Of a DNA stretch of 64,000 nucleotides, positions 30,428 through 40,122 are shown piece by piece. The position numbers and the translations under genes are program-made. Where the stretch lies: NCBI GenBank assembly GCA_028724885.1, contig JAQYTJ010000024.1, positions 2,748 through 66,747 of the forward strand, read 5' to 3'. This DNA comes from Bacteroidales bacterium (GTDB lineage: Bacteria; Bacteroidota; Bacteroidia; Bacteroidales; UBA932). The notes under the pieces are model-generated. The model was not told where the DNA came from. It was given only the letters and a program-made list of their open reading frames with translations, and made no database searches. Numbering within the stretch: the stretch's first letter is position 1; the number at the start of each line of letters is the position of its first letter.

Positions 30428-30660
30428 CTGAGCGACATTTTCCAGCCGCTCAGGATGACTTCCAGAGGATGCTGCCAAGCTCAAACATCTGCCGATCCCA
30501 GCCGGTAGCGTGCATGCACCCTGTCATCCTGACGATAGTCATTCAATAACAAGAGATCCTTTCTAGTCAACGATAACGGTGAATCCAAATAGATCCTGAA
30601 CCAAGTTCAGGATGACGGGTGAGGCCGCCCTGGATGACGGGGTGGATCACTTAGGACGAC
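30428..30660. repeat. Cluster of CGTC-type REP-like palindromes
   Basis: CTGAGCG..CGCTCAG-GATGAC (30428-30459); TGTCATCCTGAC (30522); AGATCCTGAACCAAGTTCAGGATGACGGG (30591-30619); partial CTGGATGACGGG (30630-30641). Confidence 0.75.
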
Positions 30661-30664
30661 ATGG

Positions 30665-31711
30665 CTAGAAGGTTGCGGCAATGGGTTCGGAGCCGAAACG
30701 GCCACCAACCACAAGCTTAGCTTTCAGAGAAATATTCTTATTATTCGTTTCACCATCGACCATGTCGCTCAAAAGCGCCACAGATTTCTCTGCAATTTCT
30801 TGAAGCGGCTGAATCACATGCGGCACGACAGGCTTATTCAAATCATAGATGTCGCTCTCATCGAAACAAACGAACGAGAAATCTTTCGGAAGATTGAGTC
30901 CAAGTACGTTCAGAGCATTGAAAGCATAAAGCGCTATCTTCTTCGTAGGCAGAATGAATGCCTCAGTGCCACGTTTCGAAGCATCCTTGAAAGTCTCACG
31001 TACCATTTTCTTTGCAGCTACAGCCTCATACTCAATCTTGTGGATACTTATATAATCCTGCAGCCCAGCTTCTTCCATTGCTTTCTCGTATCCTCTCTCA
31101 CGATCTGTAAGAGAAGTGACACCGCTCTTATAAGAAACCATCTCAATCTTGCCAAAACCCTGATGAATGAGATATTTCGTGGCAATGAATCCCGCACCGA
31201 CATTGTCTACCAAGACCCTGCCGAAAGCATCACCAGGCATATCCCTATCAATCAGAACCGTAGGAATATTATAATCCACTGCCTTTTTAAGGGCAGCCTC
31301 ACTTCCAAGGCAAGGAGCTATTATCATTCCTTCGACATTGTACCCGATGACAGTATCTATTAAATTAGAAAGCTTATCCGGATTCTCATCAGAACTAGCG
31401 AAAATCACAGTCGTGCCAATTTTATAAGCAGTATTCTCAATATGTCTGCAAATGTCCGAAAAGAACGAATTTGAAATGTCAGACACAATCACTGCAATAG
31501 TATGCGAGCGCCCGCTTCTCAGCGAGGCCGCCGCATTGTTTCTTCTGTAGCCAAGTCTCTTAGCGACTTCAAGTACCCTGTGGGCAGTGTTTTGATTCAC
31601 AGGACAATCCAGCCGCCCGTCTTTCCCCATTTTAGCATTCATTACGAAGGACACCAAAGTCACAGAAACCCCAGCTTCCTTCGCAACATCTCTGATTGTT
31701 ACTTTCTTCAT
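30665..31711 (-). CDS. LacI/GalR-family transcriptional regulator
   Basis: TIRDVAKEAGVS HTH, LGYRRNNAAASL hinge, periplasmic-binding-protein-like core (VLIDR, VDNVGAG, FVCFDE). Confidence 0.95.
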   Translation of the reverse strand: MKKVTIRDVAKEAGVSVTLVSFVMNAKMGKDGRLDCPVNQNTAHRVLEVAKRLGYRRNNAAASLRSGRSHTIAVIVSDISNSFFSDICRHIENTAYKIGTTVIFASSDENPDKLSNLIDTVIGYNVEGMIIAPCLGSEAALKKAVDYNIPTVLIDRDMPGDAFGRVLVDNVGAGFIATKYLIHQGFGKIEMVSYKSGVTSLTDRERGYEKAMEEAGLQDYISIHKIEYEAVAAKKMVRETFKDASKRGTEAFILPTKKIALYAFNALNVLGLNLPKDFSFVCFDESDIYDLNKPVVPHVIQPLQEIAEKSVALLSDMVDGETNNKNISLKAKLVVGGRFGSEPIAATF

Positions 31712-31746
31712 TATATTAATAAATTAACATTTAGGCCGCCTACAAA

Positions 31747-33939
31747 TCAACCCTGAATCATAACCGTAAGTCCAGCCATAACAATGGAAACCATGCTCAT
31801 CAGCTTTATGAGTATATTCAGTGAAGGGCCTGACGTGTCTTTGAAAGGATCCCCTACTGTGTCTCCAACAACGGTAGCATGATGATTTACTGAATTCTTC
31901 CCGCCGAAATGACCATCCTCAACATATTTCTTTGCATTGTCCCATGCGCCGCCCGAGTTCGCCAGGAATATAGCAAGTATGAAACCTGCGCCCAAGCCTC
32001 CGATGAGCAATCCCATAACTCCAGCTGCTCCAAGAATGATGCCTACAAGCACTGGAACTATGATTGCCGTAAGAGCAGGACCTACCATTTCGTGCTGAGC
32101 CGCCTTTGTGGATATCTCTACGCAACGTTTGTAATCAGGACGCTGTTTGCCATCAAGGATTCCAGCTATCTCTCTGAACTGACGACGAACTTCCAGAACC
32201 ATTTTTTGAGCAGCACGGCCAACAGCATTCATAGTGAGCCCACAGAACAAGAATGCCATCATCGCGCCAATGAACACCCCAGCTAGAACCTTCGGATTCA
32301 TAAGCGTCACATTGTAGTAGTTCACCAGATCCACAAGGGTCGCCTTAGCGACTGCGACCACTTCATCGCCTGCATTAATCATCTCAATGCCCACGTGCTG
32401 CAGCCCAATCTTGATTTCCTCAATGTAGGAAGCCAGCAGAGCCAGTGCAGTAAGAGCCGCAGAACCAATAGCAAAACCCTTTCCGGTAGCAGCAGTAGTG
32501 TTTCCGAGAGCATCAAGGATGTCAGTACGATGACGTACTTCCGGATCCAAGTCGCTCATCTGAGCATTTCCGCCGGCATTGTCGGCAATTGGACCGTATG
32601 CGTCAGTAGCGAGAGTAATGCCAAGCGTTGACAGCATTCCGACAGCTGCTATGCTTATTCCGTACAGCCCGCTGCTCAGATTCTCAGGATTGAACGAAAA
32701 GCCAGAAGCACAGAGATAAGAAGCAAGTATTGCCAGCACTATTGTCACTACAGGAATAGCAGTAGAAATCATTCCTAGGCCGATTCCATTGATGATTACT
32801 GTAGCAGGGCCAGTCTGGGAGCTCTCGGCAAGTTTCTGAGTAGGCTTATAAGAGTGCGACGTGTAATATTCAGTTGCCTTTCCTATTATCACTCCTGCCA
32901 GCAGTCCAGAAATTACAGACAAACTGAGCTGCCACCAATTAGCAAAGCCTAAGAGTTTGAATATAAAGAATGTAGCAACGGCGATGAGAATCGCGGAAAG
33001 ATTGGTGCCGACGCTAAGCGATTTCAGCAGTTGCTGCAGCCCTGCATCTTCTTTCGTACGCACTGAATATATTCCTAATATAGAAAGCACCACTCCCACT
33101 GCAGCAATGGTCATAGGAGCTAGAATGGCCTTCATCTGCATTGCCGTATCACCAAAGAATGTGGAAGCCCCCAATGCCATGGTCGCAAGAATGGAACCGC
33201 AGTAGGACTCATAGAGGTCAGCGCCCATGCCAGCCACGTCGCCAACATTGTCTCCGACATTGTCAGCGATGGTCGCAGGATTGCGAGGGTCGTCCTCAGG
33301 GATGTCATTCTCCACCTTGCCAACGATGTCAGCTCCGACATCAGCAGCCTTGGTGTAGATGCCACCGCCGACTCTCGCGAACAAAGCCTGAGTGGAAGCA
33401 CCCATTCCGAATGTAAGCATCGTAGTAGTGATAACCACCAGATTTTGCGAAACATCAGGATCGTAAAATGCTTGAAGCACGAAGAACCATATTGAAATGT
33501 CAAGCAAGCCAAGGCCCACGACCGTCAGTCCCATCACGGCTCCGGAACGAAATGCGAGTTTCAAGCCAGAATTAAGCGACTTGCTCACTGCGTTTGCGGT
33601 TCTAGCAGATGCATACGTCGCAGTTCTCATCCCTATATAGCCAGCTAGCCCCGAAAAGAAGCCACCGGTCAGGAAAGCGAACGGCACCCAAGGGTTCTGA
33701 ACATTAAAACCGTATGCCAGAATAGCAAAAAATATTGCCAGAATAATGAAAACAATGAGAACTACCTTATATTGCTGCTTAAGGTATGCCATTGCCCCTT
33801 CTCTCACGTACTGAGCAATTTCTTTCATCGTTGGGGTACCTTCGCTCTCCTTCTTCATCTGATGGTAGAAAAGCCCTGCGAAGAACAGAGCCACGACTGA
33901 AGCTACAGGTACCAAGTAAAATAATGGGTCCATAAACAT
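31747..33939 (-). CDS. hppA: Membrane-bound K+-dependent pyrophosphatase (Na+ or Na+,H+ pump)
   Basis: GGIYTKAADVGAD, EDDPRNPATIADNVGDNVGD, DAYGPIADNAGG, GNTTAA (K+-dependent form), GDTVGDPFKDTSGP. Confidence 0.97.
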   Translation of the reverse strand: MFMDPLFYLVPVASVVALFFAGLFYHQMKKESEGTPTMKEIAQYVREGAMAYLKQQYKVVLIVFIILAIFFAILAYGFNVQNPWVPFAFLTGGFFSGLAGYIGMRTATYASARTANAVSKSLNSGLKLAFRSGAVMGLTVVGLGLLDISIWFFVLQAFYDPDVSQNLVVITTTMLTFGMGASTQALFARVGGGIYTKAADVGADIVGKVENDIPEDDPRNPATIADNVGDNVGDVAGMGADLYESYCGSILATMALGASTFFGDTAMQMKAILAPMTIAAVGVVLSILGIYSVRTKEDAGLQQLLKSLSVGTNLSAILIAVATFFIFKLLGFANWWQLSLSVISGLLAGVIIGKATEYYTSHSYKPTQKLAESSQTGPATVIINGIGLGMISTAIPVVTIVLAILASYLCASGFSFNPENLSSGLYGISIAAVGMLSTLGITLATDAYGPIADNAGGNAQMSDLDPEVRHRTDILDALGNTTAATGKGFAIGSAALTALALLASYIEEIKIGLQHVGIEMINAGDEVVAVAKATLVDLVNYYNVTLMNPKVLAGVFIGAMMAFLFCGLTMNAVGRAAQKMVLEVRRQFREIAGILDGKQRPDYKRCVEISTKAAQHEMVGPALTAIIVPVLVGIILGAAGVMGLLIGGLGAGFILAIFLANSGGAWDNAKKYVEDGHFGGKNSVNHHATVVGDTVGDPFKDTSGPSLNILIKLMSMVSIVMAGLTVMIQG

Positions 33940-33985
33940 TTAATAATTAACAAAATTCCTGAAACGATTTAAGCAGGTCGTGTTT

Positions 33986-34010
33986 AAAAAGGGTTCCTTT
34001 CAGAACCCTT
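33986..34010 (-). terminator. Terminator-like hairpin in the hppA upstream region
   Basis: Minus strand AAGGGTTC-TGAAAG-GAACCCTT-TTT. Could be the pdxST terminator or an hppA leader element. Confidence 0.6.
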
Positions 34011-34017
34011 GCGAATG

Positions 34018-34025
34018 CAAATATA
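34018..34025 (-). promoter_or_regulatory. -7 promoter box upstream of hppA
   Basis: TATATTTG(CA) on the minus strand. Confidence 0.55.
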
Positions 34026-34148
34026 TGCAAATAGATTGTTACTGCAATACTAATTTTTGATTTTATTCCTATCAAAAATGTCCATCACGCTAAAATTTTA
34101 TAAAATTTTAATTCGCCAGACCAAGAAATATGCCTGCCAAAAAGCACC

Positions 34149-34715
34149 CTAACCGAACATTCTGGCGAAATATTCATAGACCACCTGGCAATCGTCGAGT
34201 TCCGGGTGGAAGGCCGTAACTAACTGGTTCCCATCGCGAGCGGCGACTATATGCCCATCCACTACCGACAGCACTTCAACCCCAGCGCCAACGCTCTCAA
34301 TGTAAGGGGCGCGGATGAATGTCATGGGGATATCCTGCCCTGCGAAAGAGCCACGAGCATGGAAGCTGCCGAGCTGCCTGCCATAAGCATTGCGCCGCAC
34401 TGATATATTCATTGTGGAAAGGCGTTTGAAAGGGCTTCCCTCCATATTCTTAGCTAATAGAATCAGCCCAGCGCAAGTGCCGAAGACAGGCAACCCACCA
34501 AGAATCTCGTCTTTTATAGGATCCATCAGCCCAAGATCCACAAGCAGCTTGGACTGCGTTGTACTCTCTCCTCCTGGAATGATAAGCCCATTCTTCGGCT
34601 GATTCCAATCTTTTCTCTGGCGAACTTCGAAACAGGTTATCCCAAGCTCTCCAAGCAATTTCTCATGCTCGACGAAAGCACCTTGCAACGAAAGCACTGC
34701 AATGCGTCTGCCCAT
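34149..34715 (-). CDS. pdxT: Pyridoxal 5'-phosphate synthase glutaminase subunit
   Basis: LSLQGAFVEH, IIPGGEST, GTCAG, RRNAYGRQ, FIRAP, FHPE. Confidence 0.97.
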   Translation of the reverse strand: MGRRIAVLSLQGAFVEHEKLLGELGITCFEVRQRKDWNQPKNGLIIPGGESTTQSKLLVDLGLMDPIKDEILGGLPVFGTCAGLILLAKNMEGSPFKRLSTMNISVRRNAYGRQLGSFHARGSFAGQDIPMTFIRAPYIESVGAGVEVLSVVDGHIVAARDGNQLVTAFHPELDDCQVVYEYFARMFG

Positions 34716-34745
34716 AATCTCTTATGAATATTTTGCCTTTAGAGG

Positions 34746-35630
34746 CTATTTCCCTCTTTCGGCCATGAGAACCTTTATTTCCTGCTCGTTTATGCCAACC
34801 ATCGCCTCTCCGAGATCCTCACTGAGCTCGGCGAGCTTCTTGGCATCGCGGAAATTAGTGACAGACTGCACGATGGCAGCAGCACGCTTTTGAGGGTTTC
34901 CGCTCTTGAATATTCCGCTTCCCACGAATACACCCTCAGCACCAAGCTGCATCATTAGGGCAGCGTCGGCAGGGGTGGCTATTCCGCCTGCCGCAAAATT
35001 CACCACAGGCAGCTTGCCGTTCTCATGGACGTATTTCACGAGGTCGAGCGGAACCTGAAGTTCCTTTGCTTTCTCGAATATTTCGTCTTCGCTGAGCGAA
35101 ACAATCCTACGTATCTCACTCTGCATCAGTCGCATGTGCCTTACAGCCTGAATCACGTCGCCCGTTCCAGGCTCCCCTTTCGTGCGAATCATCGTCGCAC
35201 CTTCTGCAATTCTGCGCAAGGCCTCGCCCAAATCCCTGGCTCCACACACGAAAGGCACGTCGAATTTCGTCTTGTCGATGTGATAGACATCATCGGCAGG
35301 TGACAGCACCTCGCTCTCGTCTATGTAGTCTATTTCAATTGCCTGAAGTATTTGCGCCTCAACGAAATGCCCTATCCTGCATTTCGCCATCACAGGAATC
35401 GAGACTGCCTGCTGGATACCCTTTATCATCTTTGGGTCGCTCATTCTGGAAACTCCGCCAGCAGCACGAATGTCTGCCGGAATATGTTCCAACGCCATGA
35501 CTGCGCAAGCCCCAGCCTCTTCGGCGATTTTAGCCTGTTCAGCGTTTGTCACGTCCATGATTACTCCGCCCTTCAGCATCTGGGCGAGATTACGATTAAG
35601 AGTCTGTCTGTCTTGATTTTCCATATCCAT
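34746..35630 (-). CDS. pdxS: Pyridoxal 5'-phosphate synthase lyase subunit
   Basis: [49 protein letters not shown]. Confidence 0.98.
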   Translation of the reverse strand: MDMENQDRQTLNRNLAQMLKGGVIMDVTNAEQAKIAEEAGACAVMALEHIPADIRAAGGVSRMSDPKMIKGIQQAVSIPVMAKCRIGHFVEAQILQAIEIDYIDESEVLSPADDVYHIDKTKFDVPFVCGARDLGEALRRIAEGATMIRTKGEPGTGDVIQAVRHMRLMQSEIRRIVSLSEDEIFEKAKELQVPLDLVKYVHENGKLPVVNFAAGGIATPADAALMMQLGAEGVFVGSGIFKSGNPQKRAAAIVQSVTNFRDAKKLAELSEDLGEAMVGINEQEIKVLMAERGK

Positions 35631-35643
35631 GATATTATTAGAT

Positions 35644-36600
35644 TTATTTCTTTCTAGCCCTGTACTCGCTTGGCGAAAGCCCTGACATCTTCCTGAAGAA
35701 GCGAGACAAATGCGCCTGCGAAGAGAAGCCTGCGCCGTATGCTATCTCCTGGACAGTCTTGCTGGTGCTGTCCAGCTGCATTGCGATGTGGGCGGCCATT
35801 TTCTCATCTATGATTGACTTAGGAGCCCGTCCTGCAACCCTACGGCAGACCTGCGAAAGATAGCGGCTGCTGACATTCATCAAGTCGGCATAGAACTGCA
35901 CGTCCGTCCTCTTGCAAAGATGGTGTTCCAGCTGATCCAGGAAGTCGTTGTAGAGCTGCTGGCTCCGCCCTTGCAAATTGTCCGCTTTCAAAATCAGCCT
36001 TGCGGCATATTCATTGGCCTTCCTAATGGCATCTGCGCTGCCAAAGCCTTGGCTTAGGAATGTTGCCAAGGCAGACGAAAAGGCATTCGCCTGGCCATGC
36101 AAGGAGGAGCTTTCGCCTAGCAGGACGATTCTAGGGTCGTCCTCATTCTGAATCAGCCACCCGGCTTCGTCTCCACGGACAACGATGAGAGAGCAGAGCG
36201 GCATCAGCTGGTTACGAATCCTCATCGCAAGATCGTCATCCATTAGTCGTTCCCCCCTTGAGGACGTGAGAACAGGGTGGAAAACCACATAGTTCGGCTG
36301 GTAACGGACGATAGTCTGCGCAAGCATTTCTACCAGCTCAGGGCGGCGAATCATTCCAATCTTCAGAACGGAAGGCTCCACGTCATTCATTATAGCCTCT
36401 ATCTGTCCAATGACAATCGATGCAGGCAGGTCGTAAAACTGTTGGATCCCGACCGTGTTCTGCACCGTAACAGAGGTGATAGCAGAGACTGGCCTCCCTC
36501 CAAGACTCGTTATCGTCCTGACATCCGCCTGCTCCCCAGATTCTCCAGTGCTGTCTGAACCAGTGATAGTCAGCACTATGTTATTGTCCAGCTTCTTCAT
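35644..36600 (-). CDS. ThiD/PdxK-like (probably inactive) kinase domain fused to an AraC-family DNA-binding domain
   Basis: N-terminus [23 protein letters not shown]; C-terminus [39 protein letters not shown] 36600 preferred over the longer ORF start. Confidence 0.9.
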   Translation of the reverse strand: MKKLDNNIVLTITGSDSTGESGEQADVRTITSLGGRPVSAITSVTVQNTVGIQQFYDLPASIVIGQIEAIMNDVEPSVLKIGMIRRPELVEMLAQTIVRYQPNYVVFHPVLTSSRGERLMDDDLAMRIRNQLMPLCSLIVVRGDEAGWLIQNEDDPRIVLLGESSSLHGQANAFSSALATFLSQGFGSADAIRKANEYAARLILKADNLQGRSQQLYNDFLDQLEHHLCKRTDVQFYADLMNVSSRYLSQVCRRVAGRAPKSIIDEKMAAHIAMQLDSTSKTVQEIAYGAGFSSQAHLSRFFRKMSGLSPSEYRARKK

Positions 36601-36681
36601 CACACAGCAAAATAAACCTAAAAATTCCAAAGTCAGAACGTCAGTTCTGAATATGCATAAAATAAACTAAATTCTGGCATG

Positions 36682-36709
36682 AAAAAAGGCGGCCCATAAA
36701 GACCGCCTT
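36682..36709 (-). terminator. Terminator of the ribosomal/alpha operon
   Basis: Minus strand AAGGCGGTC-TTTATG-GGCCGCCTT-TTTT downstream of rplQ. Confidence 0.85.
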
Positions 36710-36731
36710 CAACATATTCATTTAATATATC

Positions 36732-37295
36732 TTATTCAGCTTTTGGCGCTTCTTCTTCAGTCTTCGGAGCATCTGGAGCAGCTTCCTCTGCTTTCGGGGC
36801 TTTCTCTGCAAGAGACTCGGCCTTCGGAGCATCTGGAGCAGTAGCTTCGGCCTTTGGAGCAGCAGCTTTCTTAGAGCGGCTGCGGCGAGTTGTCTTCTTC
36901 TCCTCTTTCTTCTCTGGCTTAGATGCAAGAGCAGCTTCGTTGAAGTCAACAAACTCTACGATAGCCATATCGGCTCCATCTCCCAAACGGAAGCCGTTAT
37001 GCAATACGCGTAGATATCCTCCTGGACGGTCGGCGATCTTTGGAGCGATCGTTCCGAATAGCTCCTTGATAGCCTCTTTGTCCTTGAGGTAGCTGAACAC
37101 CATTCTGCGAGAATGAGTAGTATCCTCTTTACTCTTGGTCACCAGAGGCTCAAGATACATTTTCAGAGCCTTAGCCTTAGCGACCGTCGTGTTAATTCTC
37201 TTATACTTAATTATAGAGCAGGACATGTTGGCGAGCATAGCCTTTCTGTGGCTGCTCTTACGGCCAAGATGATTGATTGCTTTATTGTGCCTCAT
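36732..37295 (-). CDS. rplQ: 50S ribosomal protein L17 with A/E/K/P-rich repeat tail
   Basis: [23 protein letters not shown]. Confidence 0.97.
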   Translation of the reverse strand: MRHNKAINHLGRKSSHRKAMLANMSCSIIKYKRINTTVAKAKALKMYLEPLVTKSKEDTTHSRRMVFSYLKDKEAIKELFGTIAPKIADRPGGYLRVLHNGFRLGDGADMAIVEFVDFNEAALASKPEKKEEKKTTRRSRSKKAAAPKAEATAPDAPKAESLAEKAPKAEEAAPDAPKTEEEAPKAE

Positions 37296-37297
37296 TT

Positions 37298-38305
37298 CTA
37301 AACGTTCTTTTTCTTAGGTTCAATATTATATTTCCTTACATCCATGCCGAACTGCAGCTTCATCTTTTCCACAAGCTGATCAATCTCGTTGAGCGACTTC
37401 TTACCGAAATTTCTGAACTTCATTAGCTCATTCCTGGAATAAGAAACCAAGTCAGCGAAATTATCAATGTCAGCAGCTTTCAGGCAGTTATATGCCCTCA
37501 CTGACAGACCAACGTCGGAAAGCTTGGTGAGAAGCAGGTGCCTCATTCTGAGGCTCTCCTCGTCAAGTTCTTTAGAATCGGCTTCAAAGGTGTTTTCTAA
37601 AGCCATCTTCTTGTCGTCAGTGAACAGCTTGAAGTGATAGATGAGAATATTCGCGGCATCCTGAAGGGCAGCGCTTGGAGATATTGACCCATCAGTTACG
37701 ATCTCGAGATTGAGCTTCTCATAATCTGTCTTCTGCTCAACGCGCCAGTTGTCTACGGTCCAGTTCACTTTCCTGATAGGGGTGTAGACCGCATCGATTG
37801 GAATCGTGCCTATAGGTGTGTTTTCGTCCCTCAATTCTTCTGCAGGAACGAAACCGCGGCCTTTTGTCACGGTAACAGACATTTCAATTGTAACTGAAGG
37901 CTCCAGCGAACAGATATGCTGCTCTGGATTCAACACCTGGAAAGAAGACAATCCTCTTGAAATCTCCTCTGCGGTAAACTCGTTTTTCCCGCTTATCACA
38001 ATGTTCGCTGTCTCCGTGTCCACGCTATCAACCATTCGCTTGAATCTTACTTGTTTCAAGTTAAGAATGATATCCTGCATGCCTTCGATCACGCCAGGTA
38101 TGGTAGCGAATTCCTGATCCACGCCTGATATCTTGATCTGACTGATAGCGAAACCTTCGAGAGAGGCTAATAGAATTCGACGGAGCGCATTGCCAATCGT
38201 CTGTCCGTAGCCAGGCTCTAGAGGCCTGAACTCGAAACGTCCGACAGTAGCGGTTCCTTCGAGCATTATAACCTTATCTGGTTTTTGAAACGCTAAGATT
38301 GCCAT
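37298..38305 (-). CDS. rpoA: RNA polymerase alpha subunit
   Basis: [46 protein letters not shown]. Confidence 0.98.
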   Translation of the reverse strand: MAILAFQKPDKVIMLEGTATVGRFEFRPLEPGYGQTIGNALRRILLASLEGFAISQIKISGVDQEFATIPGVIEGMQDIILNLKQVRFKRMVDSVDTETANIVISGKNEFTAEEISRGLSSFQVLNPEQHICSLEPSVTIEMSVTVTKGRGFVPAEELRDENTPIGTIPIDAVYTPIRKVNWTVDNWRVEQKTDYEKLNLEIVTDGSISPSAALQDAANILIYHFKLFTDDKKMALENTFEADSKELDEESLRMRHLLLTKLSDVGLSVRAYNCLKAADIDNFADLVSYSRNELMKFRNFGKKSLNEIDQLVEKMKLQFGMDVRKYNIEPKKKNV

Positions 38306-38326
38306 AATTTTTTGGGTGTTAAATTA

Positions 38327-38929
38327 TTACTTGGAGTAAAGATCGACGATGAGCTGCTCATTAATGTTCTCTGGGATGTCAGCCCTTGTAGGAATATTCA
38401 GGAATTTGCCTGAAAGAGCCTTCGGGTCGAATTCAATCCAAGAATATTTCGTAGCGGAAGCTACGCTCTTCTGGATTACCTCAAGGCTCTTAGAGCGCTC
38501 TCTTACTGCAACAATGTCGCCTGGTTTTACCCGCATGGACGGTATGGCGGCAACTTCACCATTAAGGGTGATGTGCGCATGGCTCACAAGCTGTCTTGCG
38601 GCCGCTCTGGTAGGAGCGATGCCCATTCTGTATACAACATTGTCAAGCCTGGACTCAAGCAGTAACAGAAGGTTCTCACCTTTCTGGCCAGCCATGCGGG
38701 AAGCCTTCAGGTAAGTGTTGTGGAACTGCCTTTCCAGCAGTCCGTACATGTATCTTACTTTCTGCTTCTCCTTCAGCTGGATGCCATATTCACGCATCTT
38801 CTTGCGCTTTGCAGCCAATCCATGCTGTCCTGGAGGATAATTCCTTTTCTCGAAATACTTATCGCTGCCAAATATAGGCTCGCCAAATTTACGGGCGATT
38901 TTTGTACTAGGACCAGTATATCTTGCCAT
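38327..38929 (-). CDS. rpsD: 30S ribosomal protein S4
   Basis: [25 protein letters not shown]. Confidence 0.98.
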   Translation of the reverse strand: MARYTGPSTKIARKFGEPIFGSDKYFEKRNYPPGQHGLAAKRKKMREYGIQLKEKQKVRYMYGLLERQFHNTYLKASRMAGQKGENLLLLLESRLDNVVYRMGIAPTRAAARQLVSHAHITLNGEVAAIPSMRVKPGDIVAVRERSKSLEVIQKSVASATKYSWIEFDPKALSGKFLNIPTRADIPENINEQLIVDLYSK

Positions 38930-38954
38930 GGTAATTTCTTTTTAATACGTTAAA

Positions 38955-39341
38955 CTAAACTTTACGACGGCCTTTTGGTCTGCATCCGTTGTGAGGCATA
39001 GGGGTCACATCGACAATCTCGGTAACGACGATGCCTGCGTTATTGATGGTCCTGATGGCTGACTCACGGCCAGCGCCCGGGCCTTTAACGAATACCTTAA
39101 CCTTACGAAGCCCAGCATCGTATGCCGACTTTGCTGCATCTTCGGCTGCTACCTGGGCAGCATACGGAGTGTTTTTCTTAGAACCTCTGAAACCACTCTT
39201 TCCGGCAGATGACCAGCTAATCACCTGTCCCTGATTGTTCGTAAGAGAGATGATCACGTTATTGAAGGTTGATGAAATATGGGCCTCACCCGTTGCCTCA
39301 ACCTTTACAACTCTTTTTGATGATGTTGCTTTTTTTGCCAT
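38955..39341 (-). CDS. rpsK: 30S ribosomal protein S11
   Basis: [31 protein letters not shown]. Confidence 0.98.
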   Translation of the reverse strand: MAKKATSSKRVVKVEATGEAHISSTFNNVIISLTNNQGQVISWSSAGKSGFRGSKKNTPYAAQVAAEDAAKSAYDAGLRKVKVFVKGPGAGRESAIRTINNAGIVVTEIVDVTPMPHNGCRPKGRRKV

Positions 39342-39354
39342 AATTCACCTAGTT

Positions 39355-39732
39355 TTACTTAGTTGCCTTCTTCTTGTTAGCAACAGTCTTCTTCTTGCCT
39401 TTTCTCGTACGAGCGTTGTTCTTGGTGCTCTGCCCACGCACAGGAAGTCCGACACGATGGCGGATGCCCCTGTAGCAGCCGATATCCATGAGACGCTTTA
39501 TGTTCATCTGTACGGCAGAACGAAGCTCACCCTCGATCTTGCAATCCTCGGCGATCACGTTACGGATAGCAGCAATCTGCTCATCGTTCCAGTCACCGAC
39601 TTTGATGTCGTAATCGATTCCGCATTTGTCGAGAATTCGTCTCGCCAAGTTGCGACCGATTCCATAGATATAGGTTAAACCTATCTCTCCATGTTTGTTG
39701 TTTGGTAAATCAACACCGGCTATTCTTGCCAT
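39355..39732 (-). CDS. rpsM: 30S ribosomal protein S13
   Basis: [34 protein letters not shown]. Confidence 0.98.
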   Translation of the reverse strand: MARIAGVDLPNNKHGEIGLTYIYGIGRNLARRILDKCGIDYDIKVGDWNDEQIAAIRNVIAEDCKIEGELRSAVQMNIKRLMDIGCYRGIRHRVGLPVRGQSTKNNARTRKGKKKTVANKKKATK

Positions 39733-39763
39733 AATTTATCTTTTGTTTTTTATTTTAAAACTA

Positions 39764-39880
39764 TTATCCCTGACGCATCTTGAATTTAGGAGTCTTCTTG
39801 CAGATTACGTAGAGATGTCCTTTGCGACGGACGATCTTGCAATCATCGCTACGCTTTTTGATAGATGTCTTGACTTTCAT
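39764..39880 (-). CDS. rpmJ: 50S ribosomal protein L36 (not in the ORF track)
   Basis: Translated by hand: [38 protein letters not shown]; canonical position between infA and rpsM. Confidence 0.95.
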   Translation of the reverse strand: MKVKTSIKKRSDDCKIVRRKGHLYVICKKTPKFKMRQG

Positions 39881-39891
39881 ATCTCAAAATT

Positions 39892-40110
39892 TTATTTGTA
39901 CCTGAAGGATATCCTACCCTTTGTTAAATCGTAAGGTGAGATCTCAACCCTCACCTTGTCACCGAGGAGGATGTGAATGAAATTCATTCTCATCTTTCCG
40001 GAAATGTTGCAGAGCAAAACGTGACCATTCTCAAGCTCCACCTTGAACATGGCATTTGGAAGAGTCTCGATGACCTTCCCGTCTTGTTCGATTGCTACTT
40101 GCTTGGACAT
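39892..40110 (-). CDS. infA: Translation initiation factor IF-1
   Basis: [33 protein letters not shown]. Confidence 0.98.
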   Translation of the reverse strand: MSKQVAIEQDGKVIETLPNAMFKVELENGHVLLCNISGKMRMNFIHILLGDKVRVEISPYDLTKGRISFRYK

Positions 40111-40122
40111 TGAAACCTCGCT

